NCBI GenBank assembly: GCA_965199005.1
Contig: CBDAQK010000004.1
Span: 33,120 to 97,119, forward strand
Origin: Acetobacteraceae bacterium
Lineage (GTDB): Bacteria; Pseudomonadota; Alphaproteobacteria; Acetobacterales; Acetobacteraceae
Direction of reading: 5' to 3'
Length of the DNA stretch: 64,000 nucleotides
Position 1 is the stretch's first letter. Each line of letters starts with the position of its first letter. Positions 63,571 to 64,000 of this stretch are shown one piece after another. Made by a program: the position numbers and the translations under genes. The notes beneath the pieces are model-generated. The model made no database searches, was not told the origin of the DNA, and saw only the letters and a program-made list of their open reading frames with translations.

Positions 63571-64000
63571 ATGCCCAACCACACCTCCAGCCGCAGATCG
63601 GCCCTGTCTGCTCGGGTCACTGGAAACCTCACGCCGGGTGACCTCCCTGGGGGCATCACGTTCCAGCAAATGCTCCTGGGGGCGCCCTTCCGGATGGGAG
63701 GCCCGGAGGACGACGGCGCCGATCTTGCCACATGGCTGCTCGACCACCACGTCGACCACAGTGTAGGCCAGACCAAGCTTGCAAACACGCTACAGAAGGC
63801 GGTCTTTGTCCGTGCTCCCGGAGCGTTCCTGGCTGCGGCTCAATGCTGCCAGGAAGTAGCAAGACTTCAGCGGTCCGCCTCGACGACTTTCAATGCCAGT
63901 GCGGCCTTGTTCGTTTTCTTCGCTGCCGCTCTCGGCAACCAGGAGGCGGCCTGCTGCGTGGCCGTTGAGGCAATCCGACTTGCGGAGGCGGACGACACCC
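63571..64000 (+). CDS. Hypothetical protein, runs off the window
   Basis: AGGAG SD, ATG at 63571, frame open to 64000 (absent from the ORF track because no stop is in the window). Confidence 0.55.
   Translation, partial: MPNHTSSRRSALSARVTGNLTPGDLPGGITFQQMLLGAPFRMGGPEDDGADLATWLLDHHVDHSVGQTKLANTLQKAVFVRAPGAFLAAAQCCQEVARLQRSASTTFNASAALFVFFAAALGNQEAACCVAVEAIRLAEADDT

Larger units (their letters stand above)
7932..64000. mobile_element. Accessory genomic island (defence, metal, fluoride, arsenic and sulfite cargo); right end not in window
   Basis: AT-rich stretch directly after the gyrB stop, more mixed codon usage, accessory cargo and many pseudogenes; no integrase seen. Confidence 0.7.

Noticed and set aside
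7932-64000. CRISPR array, tRNA/rRNA, transposase, integrase or prophage structural genes
   Set aside because: No regularly spaced identical repeats or recognisable motifs found by eye.
63775-64000. Further dyad-like motifs at the window end
   Set aside because: They fall inside an open frame starting at 63571 and are probably coding.

Overview
GC-rich alphaproteobacterial chromosome, probably Acetobacteraceae/Rhodospirillales (inferred from protein style and gene order). Bases 1-7931 are core genes: the end of an enoyl-CoA hydratase, rpsT, dnaA, dnaN, an intercalated gluconate 5-dehydrogenase-like SDR, recF and gyrB. Right after the gyrB stop the composition changes and an accessory island runs to the window end; no integrase or far boundary is visible. 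The island is modular. (1) Defence block, ~9.7-22.8 kb: TIR protein, a vsr-C5 methyltransferase-NurA-HerA operon converging on AIPR, GIY-YIG, a PD-(D/E)xK-like gene, a broken Schlafen gene and a DGQHR/ParB-like gene. (2) Zn/Cd and Cu resistance genes with four MerR-type operators. (3) A fluoride riboswitch and leader ORF ahead of CLC-F::DUF190 and Fluc::USP fusions. (4) An ars operon. (5) A sulfite module: yeiH, CLC, two molybdo-oxidases, cytochrome c and a YeiE-like LysR. (6) A dead C5 methyltransferase divergent from a double-HTH::adenine methyltransferase fusion, then an AbiE pair. The best candidate for an undescribed system is the methylase-linked NurA-HerA operon, which looks restriction-modification-like. 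All calls come from motif reading by eye; no database searches were run.
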